Part shown: piece after piece, positions 11,418 through 27,700 of the stretch | Numbering within the stretch: the stretch's first letter is position 1 | Layout: the number at the start of each line of letters is the position of its first letter | Translations under genes and position numbers: made by a program | Source: Eledone cirrhosa | Lineage: Eukaryota | NCBI GenBank assembly: GCA_964016885.1 | Contig: OZ024747.1 | Location: 26,536,001-26,600,000 of the forward strand | DNA length: 64,000 nt | Direction of reading: 5' to 3' | Notes under the pieces: model-generated | What the model saw: only the letters and a program-made list of their open reading frames with translations | What the model was told of the DNA's origin: nothing | Database searches by the model: none

Positions 11418-11700
11418 GGATGCAGATATGACTGAAGGGTTAAGGTGCTCACTTCGCAATCATGTCTCCCTGCATAGTATATTGGGCGAGTGTCTATAGC
11501 TTTGGGGCGAACAAAGACTTGTGAATGAAATTGAGGTGACGGGAACTGTATGGAAGACCTTTGGAGGGATTGTACCTGTAATTCAAAGGACCAGTCGTGT
11601 TACATATTGTATCATGCTGATTCGGCTTGTGAATTATATTAAGGGTACACGTGTCTGTGAAATGCTTAACTACTGACGAGTTAATTGATCGAACAACTGA
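11418..11700 (+). mobile_element. Degenerate SINE of a second family
   Basis: tRNA-like head (GGTTAAG..GCTCACTTCGCAATCATG) similar to the head at ~49230. Confidence 0.45.
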
Positions 11701-11779
11701 ATGCTCCTCCTCAATTCGGTATTTACAACTATAAATATGAAGGATCTAGCTTTTAAGCTAGAAAAGAACCAAATTCATG

Positions 11780-12543
11780 GAAAAATAAATGAAGGAAAAC
11801 TGAGCATATAAATGAAGATTAGAAGAAAAACAAAAGAAAGTGAAAAAATAAATAAATAATGAATAAATAAATGAATGAAGGAAGGAAGAAGGAAGGGAGG
11901 GAAGAAGGAAGGAAGGAAGGAAAAAATGATCACAAAAGAAAGTAAAGGGAAAAGAAAGACTAAAAAAGAATAAACAAGCAAGTGAAGAAGAAAAATATCA
12001 AGAATATTAGAGAGAAAGAAAGACAGGTAAATAAGAAGAATGGAAGAAAAAAGGGATATAGAGTGAAATAATGGTGAAAGAAAGAAGAAAGAAAAAAGAA
12101 AGAAGGAAAGAAAGAAAACAAAGAGTATATAGATGAATAGAAGAAAAGAAAGGAGAGAGAGTGAGAGAAAGAGAGAGAAGGAGAAAGAGATAGAAAAACA
12201 GAGTGAAGGAAAAAGAAAGATGTGAGTGTGCATATGTATGTAGTGTGAATATGTATGTGTGTGCAATTGTGTGTATGTTCGTGCGCGTATGTGTGTATAT
12301 GTGTGTATGTGTGTATATGTGTATATATGTGTATATGAGTGTATATGTGTATATATATATGTGTGTATATATGTGTGTATGTGTGTATATGTGTGTATAT
12401 ATATATGTGTATATGTGTATATATATGTGTGTGTATATATATGTATATATGTGTATATGTGTATATATATGTGTGTATATGTGTGTATATATATGTATGT
12501 ATATATGTGTAAATGTGTATATGTGTATATATATATGTGTGTG

Positions 12544-12574
<31 letters not shown>

Positions 12575-12575
12575 T
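11780..12575. repeat. Purine-rich low-complexity tract followed by (TG/TA)n compound microsatellite
   Basis: Read directly from the sequence; the ORFs here are compositional. Confidence 0.9.
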
Positions 12576-12771
12576 TCCAATTACCAATTACAAATTTTGA
12601 TTATATTTTTCTCAACTTTTCTTCTTTTTTCAATTTATTAATTTTTTTGCTTTTTTTCGTTTTTGTTTGTATTATATATATATATAATTATAGAAACAAT
12701 TATATATATATATAATTCAATTATTTCAATTTAATTTCAAAAATTACATTTCCGCCCATCGTAATGCTACA

Positions 12772-15700
12772 CTCTTCTCTCTACAGACCCTGCCGCCACA
12801 TCACTACACCACCACCCCCTTCTCTATACAGACCTTACTGCCACATCACTTGACCACCACCCCCTTCTCTCTACAGACCCTGCCGCCACATCACTTCACC
12901 ACCACCCCCTTCTCTCTACAGACCTTACTGCCACATCACTTCACCACCACCCCCTTCTCTCTACAGACCTTACTGTCACATCACTTCCCCACCACCCCCT
13001 TCTCTCTACAGACCTTACTGCCACATCACTTCCCCACCACCCCCTTCTCTCTACAGACCTTACTGTCACATCACTTCACCACCACCCCCTTCTCTCTACA
13101 GACCCTGCCGCCACATCACTTCACCACCACCCCTTCTCTCTACAGACCGTACTGTCACATCACTTCACCACCACCCCTTCTCTATACAGACCTTACTGCC
13201 ACATCACTTCACCACCACCCCCTTCTCTTTACAGACCTTACTGCCACATCACTTCCCCACCACCCCCTTCTCTCTACAGACCCTACTGCCACATCACTTC
13301 ACCACCACCCCCTTCTCTCTACAGACCTTACTGCCACATCACTTCCCCACCACCCCCTTCTCTGTATAGACCTTACTGTCACATCACTTCACCACCACCC
13401 CCTTCTCTCTACAGACCCTGCCGCCACATCACTTCACCACCACCCCCTTCTCTCTACAGACCCTGCCGCCACATCACTTCACCACCACCCCCTTCTCTCT
13501 ACAGACCTTACTGCCACATCACTTCACCACCACCCCCTTCTCTCTACAGACCTTACTGCCACATCACTTCACCACCACCCCCTTCTCTCTACAGACCTTA
13601 CTGCCACATCACTTCCCCACTACCCCCTTCTCTCTACAGACCTTACTGCCACATCACTTCACCACTACCCCCTTCTCTCTACAGACCTTACTGTCACATC
13701 ACTTCACCACCACCCCCTTCTCTCTACAGACCTTACTGTCACATCACTTCCCCACCACCCCCTTCTCTCTACAGACCTTACTGCCACATCACTTCCCCAC
13801 TACCCCCTTCTCTCTACAGACCTTACTGCCACATCACTTCACCACCACCCCCTTCTCTCTACAGACCTTACTGTCACATCACTTCACCACCACCCCCTTC
13901 TCTCTACAGACCTTACTGCCACATCACTTCACCACCACCCCATTCTCTCTACAGACCTTACTGCCACATCACTTCCCCACCACCCCCTTCTCTGTATAGA
14001 CCTTACTGTCACATCACTTCACCACCACCCCTTCTCTCTACAGACCCTGCCGCCACATCACTTCACCACCACCCCCTTCTCTCTACAGACCCTGCCGCCA
14101 CATCACTTCACCACCACCCCCTTCTCTCTACAGACCTTACTGTCACATCACTTCACCACCACCCCCTTCTCTCTAGAGACCTTACTGCCACATCACTTCA
14201 CCACCACCCGCTTCTCTCTACAGACCTTACTGTCACATCACTTCCCCACCACCCCCTTCTCTCTACAGACCTTACTGCCACATCACTTCACCACCACCCC
14301 CTTCTCTCTACAGATCTTACTGTCACATCACTTCACCACCACCCCCTTCTCTCTACAGACCTTACTGCCACATCACTTCACCACCACCCCCTTCTCTCTA
14401 CAGACCTTACTGTCACATCACTTCACCACCACCCCCTTCTCTCTACAGACCTTACTGCCACATCACTTCCCCACCACCCCCTTCTCTCTACAGACCTTAC
14501 TGTTACATCACTTCCCCACCACCCCCTTCGCTCTACAGACCTTACTGTCACATCACTTCACCACCACCCCCTTCTCTATACAGACCTTACTGCCACATCA
14601 CTTCACCACCGCCCCCTTCTCTCTACAGATCTTACCGCCACATCACTTCACCACCACCCCCTTCTCTCTACAGACCTTACTGCCACATCACCTCCCCACC
14701 ACCCCCTTCTCTCTACAGACCTTACTGTCACATCACTTCCCCACCAGCCCCTTCGCTCTACAGACCTTACTGTCACATCACTTCACCACCACCCCCTTCT
14801 CTATACAGACCTTACTGCCACATCACTCCCCCACCACCCCCTTCTCTCTACAGACCTTACTGTCACATCGCTTCACCACCACCCCCTTCGCTCTACAGAC
14901 CTTACTGCCACATCACTTCACCACCACCCCCTTCTCTCTACAGACCTTACTGCCACATCACTTCACCACCACCCCCTTCTCTCTACAGACCTTACTGTCA
15001 CATCACTTCACCACCACCCCCTTCTCTCTACAGACCTTACTGTCACATCACTTCACCACCACCCCCTTCTCTATACAGACCTTACTGTCACATCACTTCA
15101 CCACCACCGCCTTCTCTCTACAGACCTTACTGTCACATCACTTCACCACCACCCCCTTCTCTATACAGACCTTACTGTCACATCACTTCACCACCACCCC
15201 CTTCTCTCTACAGACCTTACTGTCACATCACTTCACCACCACCCCCTTCTCTCTACAGACCTTACTGTCACATCACTTCACCACCACCCCCTTCTCTCTA
15301 CAGACCTTTGGCCACATCACTTCACCACCACCCCCTTCTCTCTACAGACCTTACTGCCACATCACTTCCAAACCACCCCCATCTCTCTACAGACCTTACT
15401 GCCACATCACTTCCCCACCACCCCCTTCTCTCTACAGACCTTACTGCCACATCACTTCCCCACCACCCCCTTCTCTCTACAGACCTTACTGTCACATCAC
15501 TTCCCCACCACCCCCTTCGCTCTACAGACCGTACTGTCACATCACTTCACCACCACCCCCTTCTCTATACAGAGCTTACTGCCACATCACTCCCCCACCA
15601 CCCCCTTCTCTCTACAGACCTTACTGTCACATCACTTCACCACCACCCCCTTCGCTCTACAGACCTTACTGCCACATCACTTCACCACCACCCCCTTCTC

Positions 15701-18700
15701 TCTACAGACCTTACTGCCACATCACTTCACCACCACCCCCTTCTCTCTACAGACCTTACTGTCACATCACTTCACCACCACCCCCTTCTCTCTACAGACC
15801 TTACTGTCACATCACTTCACCACCACCGCCTTCTCTCTACAGACCTTAATGTCACATCACTTCACCACCACCCCCTTCTCTCTACAGACCTTACTGTCAC
15901 ATCACTTCACCACCCCCCCCCCTTCTCTCTACAGACCTTACTGTCACATCACTTCACCACCACCCCCTTCTCTCTACAGACCTTACTGTCACATCACTTC
16001 ACCACCACCCCCTTCTCTCTACAGACTTTAGTGTCACATCACTTCACCACCACCCCCTTCTCTCTACAGACCTTACTGTCACATCACTTCACCACCACCC
16101 CCTTCTCTATACAGACCTTACTGTCACATCACTTCACCACCACCCCCTTCTCTCTACAGACCTTACTGCCACATCACTCCCCCACCACCCCCTTCTCTCT
16201 ACAGACCTTACTGTCACATCACTTCACCACCACCCCCTTCTCTCTACAGACCTTTGGCCACATCACTTCACCACCACCCCCTTCTCTCTACAGACCTTAC
16301 TGCCACATCACTTCCCCACCACCCCCATCTCTCTACAGACCTTACTGCCACATCACTTCCCCACCACCCCCTTCTCTCTACAGACCTTACTGCCACATCA
16401 CTTCACCACCACCCCCTTCTCTCTACAGACCTTACTGCCACATCACTTCCCCACCACCCCCTTCTCTCTACAGACCTTACTGCCACATCACTTCACCACC
16501 ACCCCCTTCTCTCTACAGACCTTACTGCCACATCACTTCACCAACACCCCCTTCTCTCTACAGACCCTACCGCCACATCACTTCACCACCACCCCCTTCG
16601 CTCTACAGACCTTACTGCCACATCACTTCACCACCACCCTCTTCTCTCTACAGACATTACTGCCACATCACTTCACCACCACCCCCTTCTCTCTACAGCC
16701 CCTACCGCCACATCACTTCACCACCAGCCCCTTCTCTCTACAGACCTTACTGCCACATCACTTCACCACCACCCCCTTCTCTCTACAGACCTTACTGCCA
16801 CAGCACTTCACCAGCACCCCCTTCTCTCTACAGACCCTACCGCCACATCACTTCACCAACAGCCCCTTCTCTCTACAGACCTTACTGCCACATCATTTCA
16901 CCACCACCCCCTTCTCTCTACAGACCTTACTGCCACATCACTTCACCACCACCCCCTTCTCTCTACAGACCTTACTGCCACATCACTTCACCACCACCCC
17001 CTTCTCTCTACAGACCTTACTGCCACATCACTTCACCACCACCCCCTTCTCTCTACAGACCCTACCGCCACATCACTTCACCACCAGCCCCCTTCTCTCT
17101 ACAGACCTTACTGCCACATCACTTCACTACCACCCCCTTCTCTCTACAGACCCTGCCGCCACATCACTTCACCACCACCCCCTTCTCTCTACAGACCTTA
17201 CTGTGATATCACTTCACCACCACCCCCTTCTCTCTACAGACCTTACTGTGATATCACTTCACGACCACCCCCTTCTCTCTACAGACCTTACTGTGATATC
17301 ACTTCACCACCACCCCCTTCTCTCTACAGACCTTACTGCCACATCACTTCCCCACCACCCCCTTCTCTCTACAGACCTTACTGCCACATCACTTCCCCAC
17401 CACCCCCTTCTCTCTACAGACCTTACTGCCACATCACTTCACCACCACCCCCTTCTCTCTGCAGACCCTGCCGCCACATCACTTCACCACCACCCACTTC
17501 TCTCTACAGACCTTACTGTGATATCACTTCACCACCACCCCCTTCTCTCTACAGACCTTACTGTGATATCACTTCACCACCACCCCCTTCTCTCTACAGA
17601 CCTTACTGTGATATCACTTCACCACCACCCCCTTCTCTCTACAGACCTTACTGTGATATCACTTGCCCACCACCCCTTCTCTCTACAGACCTTACTGCCA
17701 CATCACTTCCCCACCACCCCCTTCTCTCTACAGACCTTACTGCCACATCACTTCCCCACCAGCCCCTTCTCTCTACAGACCTTACTGCCACATCACTTCA
17801 CCACCACCCCCTTCCCTCTACAGACCTTACTGCCACATCACTTCCCCACCACCCCCTTCTCTCTACAGACCTTACTGCCATATCACTTCACCACCACCCC
17901 CTTCTCTCTACAGACCTTACTGCCACATCACTTCACCACCACCCCCTTCTCTCTACAGACCTTACTGCCACATCACTTCACCACCACCCCCTTCGTTCTA
18001 CAGACCTTACTGTCACATCACTTCACCACCACCCCCATCTCTCTACAGACCTTTGGCCACATCACTTCCCCACCACCCCCTTCTCTCTACAGACCTTACT
18101 GCCACATCACTTCCCCACCACCCCCTTCTCTCTACAGACCTTACTGTCACATCACTTCACCACCACCCCCTTCTCTCTACAGACCTTACTGTCACATCAC
18201 TTCACCACCACCCCCTTCGCTATACAGACCTTACTGTCACATCACTTCACCACCACCCCCTTCTCTCTACAGACCTTTGGCCATATCACTTCACCACCAC
18301 CCCCTTGTCTCTACAGACCTTACTGCCACATCACTTCCTCACCACCCCCTTCTCTCTACAGACCTTACTGTCACATCACTTCACCACCACCCTCTTCTCT
18401 CTACAGACCTTACTGCCACATCACTTCACCACCACCCCCTTCTCTCTACAGACCTTACTGCCACATCACTCCACCACCACCCCCTTCTCTCTACAGACCC
18501 TACCGCCACATCACTTCACCACCACCCCCTTCTCTCTACAGACCTTACTGCCACATCACTTCCCCACCCCCCCTTCTCTCTACAGACCTTACTGCCACAT
18601 CACTTCACCACCACCCCCTTCTCTCTACAGACCTTACTGTCACATCACTTCACCACCACCCCCTTCTCTCTACAGAGCTTACTGTCACATCACTTCACCA

Positions 18701-21700
18701 CCACCCCCTTCTCTCTACAGACCTTTGGCCACATCACTTCACCACCACCCCCTTCTCTCTACAGACCTTACTGTCACATCACTTCACCACCACCCCCTTC
18801 TCTCTACAGACCTTACTGTCACATCACTTCACCACCACCCCCTTCTCTCTACAGACCTTACTGTCACATCACTTCACCACCACCCCCTTCTCTCTACAGA
18901 CCTTACTGTCACATCACTTCACCACCACCCCCTTCTCCCTACAGACCTTACTGTCACATCACTTCACCACCACCCCCTTCTCTCTACAGACCTTACACTC
19001 ACATCACTTCACCACCACCCCCTTCTCTCTACAGACCTTACTGTCACATCACTTCACCACCACCCCCTTCGCTCTACAGACCTTACTGTCACATCACTTC
19101 ACCACCACCCCCTTCTCTCTACAGACCTTACTGTCACATCACTTCACCACCACCTCCTTCTCTCTACAGACCTTACTGTCACATCACTTCACCACCACCC
19201 CCTTCTCTCTACAGACCTTTGGCCACATCACTTCACCACCACCGCCTTCTCTCTACAGACCTTACTGTCACATCACTTCACCACCACCCCCTTCTCTATA
19301 CAGACCTTTGGCCACATCACTTCACCACCACCCCCTTCTCTCTACAGACCTTACTGTCACATCACTTCACCACCACCCCCTTCTCTCTACAGACCTTACT
19401 GTCACATCACTTCACCACCACCCCCTTCTCTCTACAGACCTTTGGCCACATCACTTCACCACCACCCCCTTCTCTCTACAGACCTTACTGCCACATCACT
19501 TCACCACCACCCCCTTCTCTCTACAGACCATACTGTCACATCACTTCACCACCACCCCCTTCTCTCTACAGACCTTACTGTCACATCACTTCACCACCAC
19601 CCCCTTCTCTCTACAGACCTTACTGTGATATCACTTCACCACCACCCCCTTCTCTCTACAGACCTTACTGTCACATCACTTCACCACCACCCCCTTCTCT
19701 CTACAGACCTTTGGCCACATCACTTCACCACCACCCCCTTCTCTCTACAGACCTTAATGTCACATCACTTCACCACCACCCCCTTCTCTCTACAGACCTT
19801 ACTGTCACATCACTTCACCACCCCCCCCTTCTCTATACAGACCTTACTGCCACATCACTTCACCACCACCCCCTTCTCTTTACAGACCTTACTGCCACAT
19901 CACTTCCCCACCACCCCCTTCTCTCTACAGACCCTACTGCCACATCACTTCACCACCACCCCCTTCTCTCTACAGACCTTACTGCCACATCACTTCCCCA
20001 CCACCCCCTTCTCTGTATAGACCTTACTGTCACATCACTTCACCACCACCCCCTTCTCTCTACAGACCCTGCCGCCACATCACTTCACCACCACCCCCTT
20101 CTCTCTACAGACCCTGCCGCCACATCACTTCACCACCACCCCCTTCTCTCTACAGACCTTACTGCCACATCACTTCACCACCACCCCCTTCTCTCTACAG
20201 ACCTTACTGCCACATCACTTCACCACCACCCCCTTCTCTCTACAGACCTTACTGCCACATCACTTCCCCACTACCCCCTTCTCTCTACAGACCTTACTGC
20301 CACATCACTTCACCACTACCCCCTTCTCTCTACAGACCTTACTGTCACATCACTTCACCACCACCCCCTTCTCTCTACAGACCTTACTGTCACATCACTT
20401 CCCCACCACCCCCTTCTCTCTACAGACCTTACTGCCACATCACTTCCCCACTACCCCCTTCTCTCTACAGACCTTACTGCCACATCACTTCACCACCACC
20501 CCCTTCTCTCTACAGACCTTACTGTCACATCACTTCACCACCACCCCCTTCTCTCTACAGACCTTACTGCCACATCACTTCACCACCACCCCCTTCTCTC
20601 TACAGACCTTACTGCCACATCACTTCCCCACCACCCCCTTCTCTGTATAGACCTTACTGTCACATCACTTCACCACCACCCCTTCTCTCTACAGACCCTG
20701 CCGCCACATCACTTCACCACCACCCCCTTCTCTCTACAGACCCTGCCGCCACATCACTTCACCACCACCCCCTTCTCTCTACAGACCTTACTGTCACATC
20801 ACTTCACCACCACCCCCTTCTCTCTAGAGACCTTACTGCCACATCACTTCACCACCACCCGCTTCTCTCTACAGACCTTACTGTCACATCACTTCCCCAC
20901 CACCCCCTTCTCTCTACAGACCTTACTGCCACATCACTTCACCACCACCCCCTTCTCTCTACAGATCTTACTGTCACATCACTTCACCACCACCCCCTTC
21001 TCTCTACAGACCTTACTGCCACATCACTTCACCACCACCCCCTTCTCTCTACAGACCTTACTGTCACATCACTTCACCACCACCCCCTTCTCTCTACAGA
21101 CCTTACTGCCACATCACTTCCCCACCACCCCCTTCTCTCTACAGACCTTACTGTCACACCACTTCCCCACCACCCCCTTCGCTCTACAGACCTTACTGTC
21201 ACATCACTTCACCACCACCCCCTTCTCTATACAGACCTTACTGCCACATCACTTCACCACCGCCCCCTTCTCTCTACAGATCTTACCGCCACATCACTTC
21301 ACCACCACCCCCTTCTCTCTACAGACCTTACTGCCACATCACCTCCCCACCACCCCCTTCTCTCTACAGACCTTACTGTCACATCACTTCCCCACCAGCC
21401 CCTTCGCTCTACAGACCTTACTGTCACATCACTTCACCACCACCCCCTTCTCTATACAGACCTTACTGCCACATCACTCCCCCACCACCCCCTTCTCTCT
21501 ACAGACCTTACTGTCACATCGCTTCACCACCACCCCCTTCGCTCTACAGACCTTACTGCCACATCACTTCACCACCACCCCCTTCTCTCTACAGACCTTA
21601 CTGCCACATCACTTCACCACCACCCCCTTCTCTCTACAGACCTTACTGTCACATCACTTCACCACCACCACCTTCTCTCTACAGACCTTACTGTCACATC

Positions 21701-24700
21701 ACTTCACCACCACCCCCTTCTCTATACAGACCTTACTGTCACATCACTTCACCACCACCGCCTTCTCTCTACAGACCTTACTGTCACATCACTTCACCAC
21801 CACCCCCTTCTCTCTACAGACCTTACTGTCACATCACTTCACCACCACCCCCTTCTCTCTACAGACCTTACTGTCACATCACTTCACCACCACCCCCTTC
21901 TCTCTACAGACCTTACTGTCACATCACTTCACCACCACCCCCTTCTCTCTACAGACCTTTGGCCACATCACTTCACCACCACCCCCTTCTCTCTACAGAC
22001 CTTACTGCCACATCACTTCCAAACCACCCCCATCTCTCTACAGACCTTACTGCCACATCACTTCCCCACCACCCCCTTCTCTCTACAGACCTTACTGCCA
22101 CATCACTTCCCCACCACCCCCTTCTCTCTACAGACCTTACTGTCACATCACTTCCCCACCACCCCCTTCGCTCTACAGACCGTACTGTCACATCACTTCA
22201 CCACCACCCCCTTCTCTATACAGAGCTTACTGCCACATCACTCCCCCACCACCCCCTTCTCTCTACAGACCTTACTGTCACATCACTTCACCACCACCCC
22301 CTTCGCTCTACAGACCTTACTGCCACATCACTTCACCACCACCCCCTTCTCTCTACAGACCTTACTGCCACATCACTTCACCACCACCCCCTTCTCTCTA
22401 CAGACCTTACTGTCACATCACTTCACCACCACCCCCTTCTCTCTACAGACCTTACTGCCACATCACTTCACCACCACCCCCTTCTCTCTACAGACCTTAC
22501 TGCCACATCACTTCCCCACCACCCCCTTCTCTGTATAGACCTTACTGTCACATCACTTCACCACCACCCCTTCTCTCTACAGACCCTGCCGCCACATCAC
22601 TTCACCACCACCCCCTTCTCTCTACAGACCCTGCCGCCACATCACTTCACCACCACCCCCTTCTCTCTACAGACCTTACTGTCACATCACTTCACCACCA
22701 CCCCCTTCTCTCTAGAGACCTTACTGCCACATCACTTCACCACCACCCGCTTCTCTCTACAGACCTTACTGTCACATCACTTCCCCACCACCCCCTTCTC
22801 TCTACAGACCTTACTGCCACATCACTTCACCACCACCCCCTTCTCTCTACAGATCTTACTGTCACATCACTTCACCACCACCCCCTTCTCTCTACAGACC
22901 TTACTGCCACATCACTTCACCACCACCCCCTTCTCTCTACAGACCTTACTGTCACATCACTTCACCACCACCCCCTTCTCTCTACAGACCTTACTGCCAC
23001 ATCACTTCCCCACCACCCCCTTCTCTCTACAGACCTTACTGTCACACCACTTTCCCACCACCCCCTTCGCTCTACAGACCTTACTGTCACATCACTTCAC
23101 CACCACCCCCTTCTCTATACAGACCTTACTGCCACATCACTTCACCACCGCCCCCTTCTCTCTACAGATCTTACCGCCACATCACTTCACCACCACCCCC
23201 TTCTCTCTACAGACCTTACTGCCACATCACCTCCCCACCACCCCCTTCTCTCTACAGACCTTACTGTCACATCACTTCCCCACCAGCCCCTTCGCTCTAC
23301 AGACCTTACTGTCACATCACTTCACCACCACCCCCTTCTCTATACAGACCTTACTGCCACATCACTCCCCCACCACCCCCTTCTCTCTACAGACCTTACT
23401 GTCACATCGCTTCACCACCACCCCCTTCGCTCTACAGACCTTACTGCCACATCACTTCACCACCACCCCCTTCTCTCTACAGACCTTACTGCCACATCAC
23501 TTCACCACCACCCCCTTCTCTCTACAGACCTTACTGTCACATCACTTCACCACCACCACCTTCTCTCTACAGACCTTACTGTCACATCACTTCACCACCA
23601 CCCCCTTCTCTATACAGACCTTACTGTCACATCACTTCACCACCACCGCCTTCTCTCTACAGACCTTACTGTCACATCACTTCACCACCACCCCCTTCTC
23701 TCTACAGACCTTACTGTCACATCACTTCACCACCACCCCCTTCTCTCTACAGACCTTACTGTCACATCACTTCACCACCACCCCCTTCTCTCTACAGACC
23801 TTACTGTCACATCACTTCACCACCACCCCCTTCTCTCTACAGACCTTTGGCCACATCACTTCACCACCACCCCCTTCTCTCTACAGACCTTACTGCCACA
23901 TCACTTCCAAACCACCCCCATCTCTCTACAGACCTTACTGCCACATCACTTCCCCACCACCCCCTTCTCTCTACAGACCTTACTGCCACATCACTTCCCC
24001 ACCACCCCCTTCTCTCTACAGACCTTACTGTCACATCACTTCCCCACCACCCCCTTCGCTCTACAGACCGTACTGTCACATCACTTCACCACCACCCCCT
24101 TCTCTATACAGAGCTTACTGCCACATCACTCCCCCACCACCCCCTTCTCTCTACAGACCTTACTGTCACATCACTTCACCACCACCCCCTTCGCTCTACA
24201 GACCTTACTGCCACATCACTTCACCACCACCCCCTTCTCTCTACAGACCTTACTGCCACATCACTTCACCACCACCCCCTTCTCTCTACAGACCTTACTG
24301 TCACATCACTTCACCACCACCCCCTTCTCTCTACAGACCTTACTGTCACATCACTTCACCACCACCCCCTTCTCTATACAAACCTTACTGTCACATCACT
24401 TCACCACCACCGCCTTCTCTCTACAGACCTTAATGTCACATCACTTCACCACCACCCCCTTCTCTCTACAGACCTTACTGTCACATCACTTCACCACCCC
24501 CCCCTTCTCTCTACAGACCTTACTGTCACATCACTTCACCACCACCCCCTTCTCTCTACAGACCTTACTGTCACATCACTTCACCACCACCCCCTTCTCT
24601 CTACAGACTTTAGTGTCACATCACTTCACCACCACCCCCTTCTCTCTACAGACCTTACTGTCACATCACTTCACCACCACCCCCTTCTCTATACAGACCT

Positions 24701-27700
24701 TACTGTCACATCACTTCACCACCACCCCCTTCTCTCTACAGACCTTACTGCCACATCACTCCCCCACCACCCCCTTCTCTCTACAGACCTTACTGTCACA
24801 TCACTTCACCACCACCCCCTTCTCTCTACAGACCTTTGGCCACATCACTTCACCACCACCCCCTTCTCTCTACAGACCTTACTGCCACATCACTTCCCCA
24901 CCACCCCCATCTCTCTACAGACCTTACTGCCACATCACTTCCCCACCACCCCCTTCTCTCTACAGACCTTACTGCCACATCACTTCACCACCACCCCCTT
25001 CTCTCTACAGACCTTACTGCCACATCACTTCCCCACCACCCCCTTCTCTCTACAGACCTTACTGCCACATCACTTCACCACCACCCCCTTCTCTCTACAG
25101 ACCTTACTGCCACATCACTTCACCAACACCCCCTTCTCTCTACAGACCCTACCGCCACATCACTTCACCACCACCCCCTTCGCTCTACAGACCTTACTGC
25201 CACATCACTTCACCACCACCCTCTTCTCTCTACAGACATTACTGCCACATCACTTCACCACCACCCCCTTCTCTCTACAGCCCCTACCGCCACATCACTT
25301 CACCACCAGCCCCTTCTCTCTACAGACCTTACTGCCACATCACTTCACCACCACCCCCTTCTCTCTACAGACCTTACTGCCACAGCACTTCACCAGCACC
25401 CCCTTCTCTCTACAGACCCTACCGCCACATCACTTCACCAACAGCCCCTTCTCTCTACAGACCTTACTGCCACATCATTTCACCACCACCCCCTTCTCTC
25501 TACAGACCTTACTGCCACATCACTTCACCACCACCCCCTTCTCTCTACAGACCTTACTGCCACATCACTTCACCACCACCCCCTTCTCTCTACAGACCTT
25601 ACTGCCACATCACTTCACCACCACCCCCTTCTCTCTACAGACCCTACCGCCACATCACTTCACCACCAGCCCCCTTCTCTCTACAGACCTTACTGCCACA
25701 TCACTTCACTACCACCCCCTTCTCTCTACAGACCCTGCCGCCACATCACTTCACCACCACCCCCTTCTCTCTACAGACCTTACTGTGATATCACTTCACC
25801 ACCACCCCCTTCTCTCTACAGACCTTACTGTGATATCACTTCACGACCACCCCCTTCTCTCTACAGACCTTACTGTGATATCACTTCACCTCCACCCCCT
25901 TCTCTCTACAGACCTTACTGCCACATCACTTCCCCACCACCCCCTTCTCTCTACAGACCTTACTGCCACATCACTTCCCCACCACCCCCTTCTCTCTACA
26001 GACCTTACTGCCACATCACTTCACCACCACCCCCTTCTCTCTGCAGACCCTGCCGCCACATCACTTCACCACCACCCCCTTCTCTCTACAGACCTTACTG
26101 TGATATCACTTCACCACCACCCCCTTCTCTCTACAGACCTTACTGTGATATCACTTCACCACCACCCCCTTCTCTCTACAGACCTTACTGTGATATCACT
26201 TCACCACCACCCCCTTCTCTCTACAGACCTTACTGTGATATCACTTGCCCACCACCCCTTCTCTCTACAGACCTTACTGCCACATCACTTCCCCACCACC
26301 CCCTTCTCTCTACAGACCTTACTGCCACATCACTTCCCCACCAGCCCCTTCTCTCTACAGACCTTACTGCCACATCACTTCACCACCACCCCCTTCCCTC
26401 TACAGACCTTACTGCCACATCACTTCCCCACCACCCCCTTCTCTCTACAGACCTTACTGCCATATCACTTCACCACCACCCCCTTCTCTCTACAGACCTT
26501 ACTGCCACATCACTTCACCACCACCCCCTTCTCTCTACAGACCTTACTGCCACATCACTTCACCACCACCCCCTTCGTTCTACAGACCTTACTGTCACAT
26601 CACTTCACCACCACCCCCATCTCTCTACAGACCTTTGGCCACATCACTTCCCCACCACCCCCTTCTCTCTACAGACCTTACTGCCACATCACTTCCCCAC
26701 CACCCCCTTCTCTCTACAGACCTTACTGTCACATCACTTCACCACCACCCCCTTCTCTCTACAGACCTTACTGTCACATCACTTCACCACCACCCCCTTC
26801 GCTATACAGACCTTACTGTCACATCACTTCACCACCACCCCCTTCTCTCTACAGACCTTTGGCCATATCACTTCACCACCACCCCCTTGTCTCTACAGAC
26901 CTTACTGCCACATCACTTCCTCACCACCCCCTTCTCTCTACAGACCTTACTGTCACATCACTTCACCACCACCCTCTTCTCTCTACAGACCTTACTGCCA
27001 CATCACTTCACCACCACCCCCTTCTCTCTACAGACCTTACTGCCACATCACTCCACCACCACCCCCTTCTCTCTACAGACCCTACCGCCACATCACTTCA
27101 CCACCACCCCCTTCTCTCTACAGACCTTACTGCCACATCACTTCCCCACCCCCCCTTCTCTCTACAGACCTTACTGCCACATCACTTCACCACCACCCCC
27201 TTCTCTCTACAGACCTTACTGTCACATCACTTCACCACCACCCCCTTCTCTCTACAGAGCTTACTGTCACATCACTTCACCACCACCCCCTTCTCTCTAC
27301 AGACCTTTGGCCACATCACTTCACCACCACCCCCTTCTCTCTACAGACCTTACTGTCACATCACTTCACCACCACCCCCTTCTCTCTACAGACCTTACTG
27401 TCACATCACTTCACCACCACCCCCTTCTCTCTACAGACCTTACTGTCACATCACTTCACCACCACCCCCTTCTCTCTACAGACCTTACTGTCACATCACT
27501 TCACCACCACCCCCTTCTCCCTACAGACCTTACTGTCACATCACTTCACCACCACCCCCTTCTCTCTACAGACCTTACACTCACATCACTTCACCACCAC
27601 CCCCTTCTCTCTACAGACCTTACTGTCACATCACTTCACCACCACCCCCTTCGCTCTACAGACCTTACTGTCACATCACTTCACCACCACCCCCTTCTCT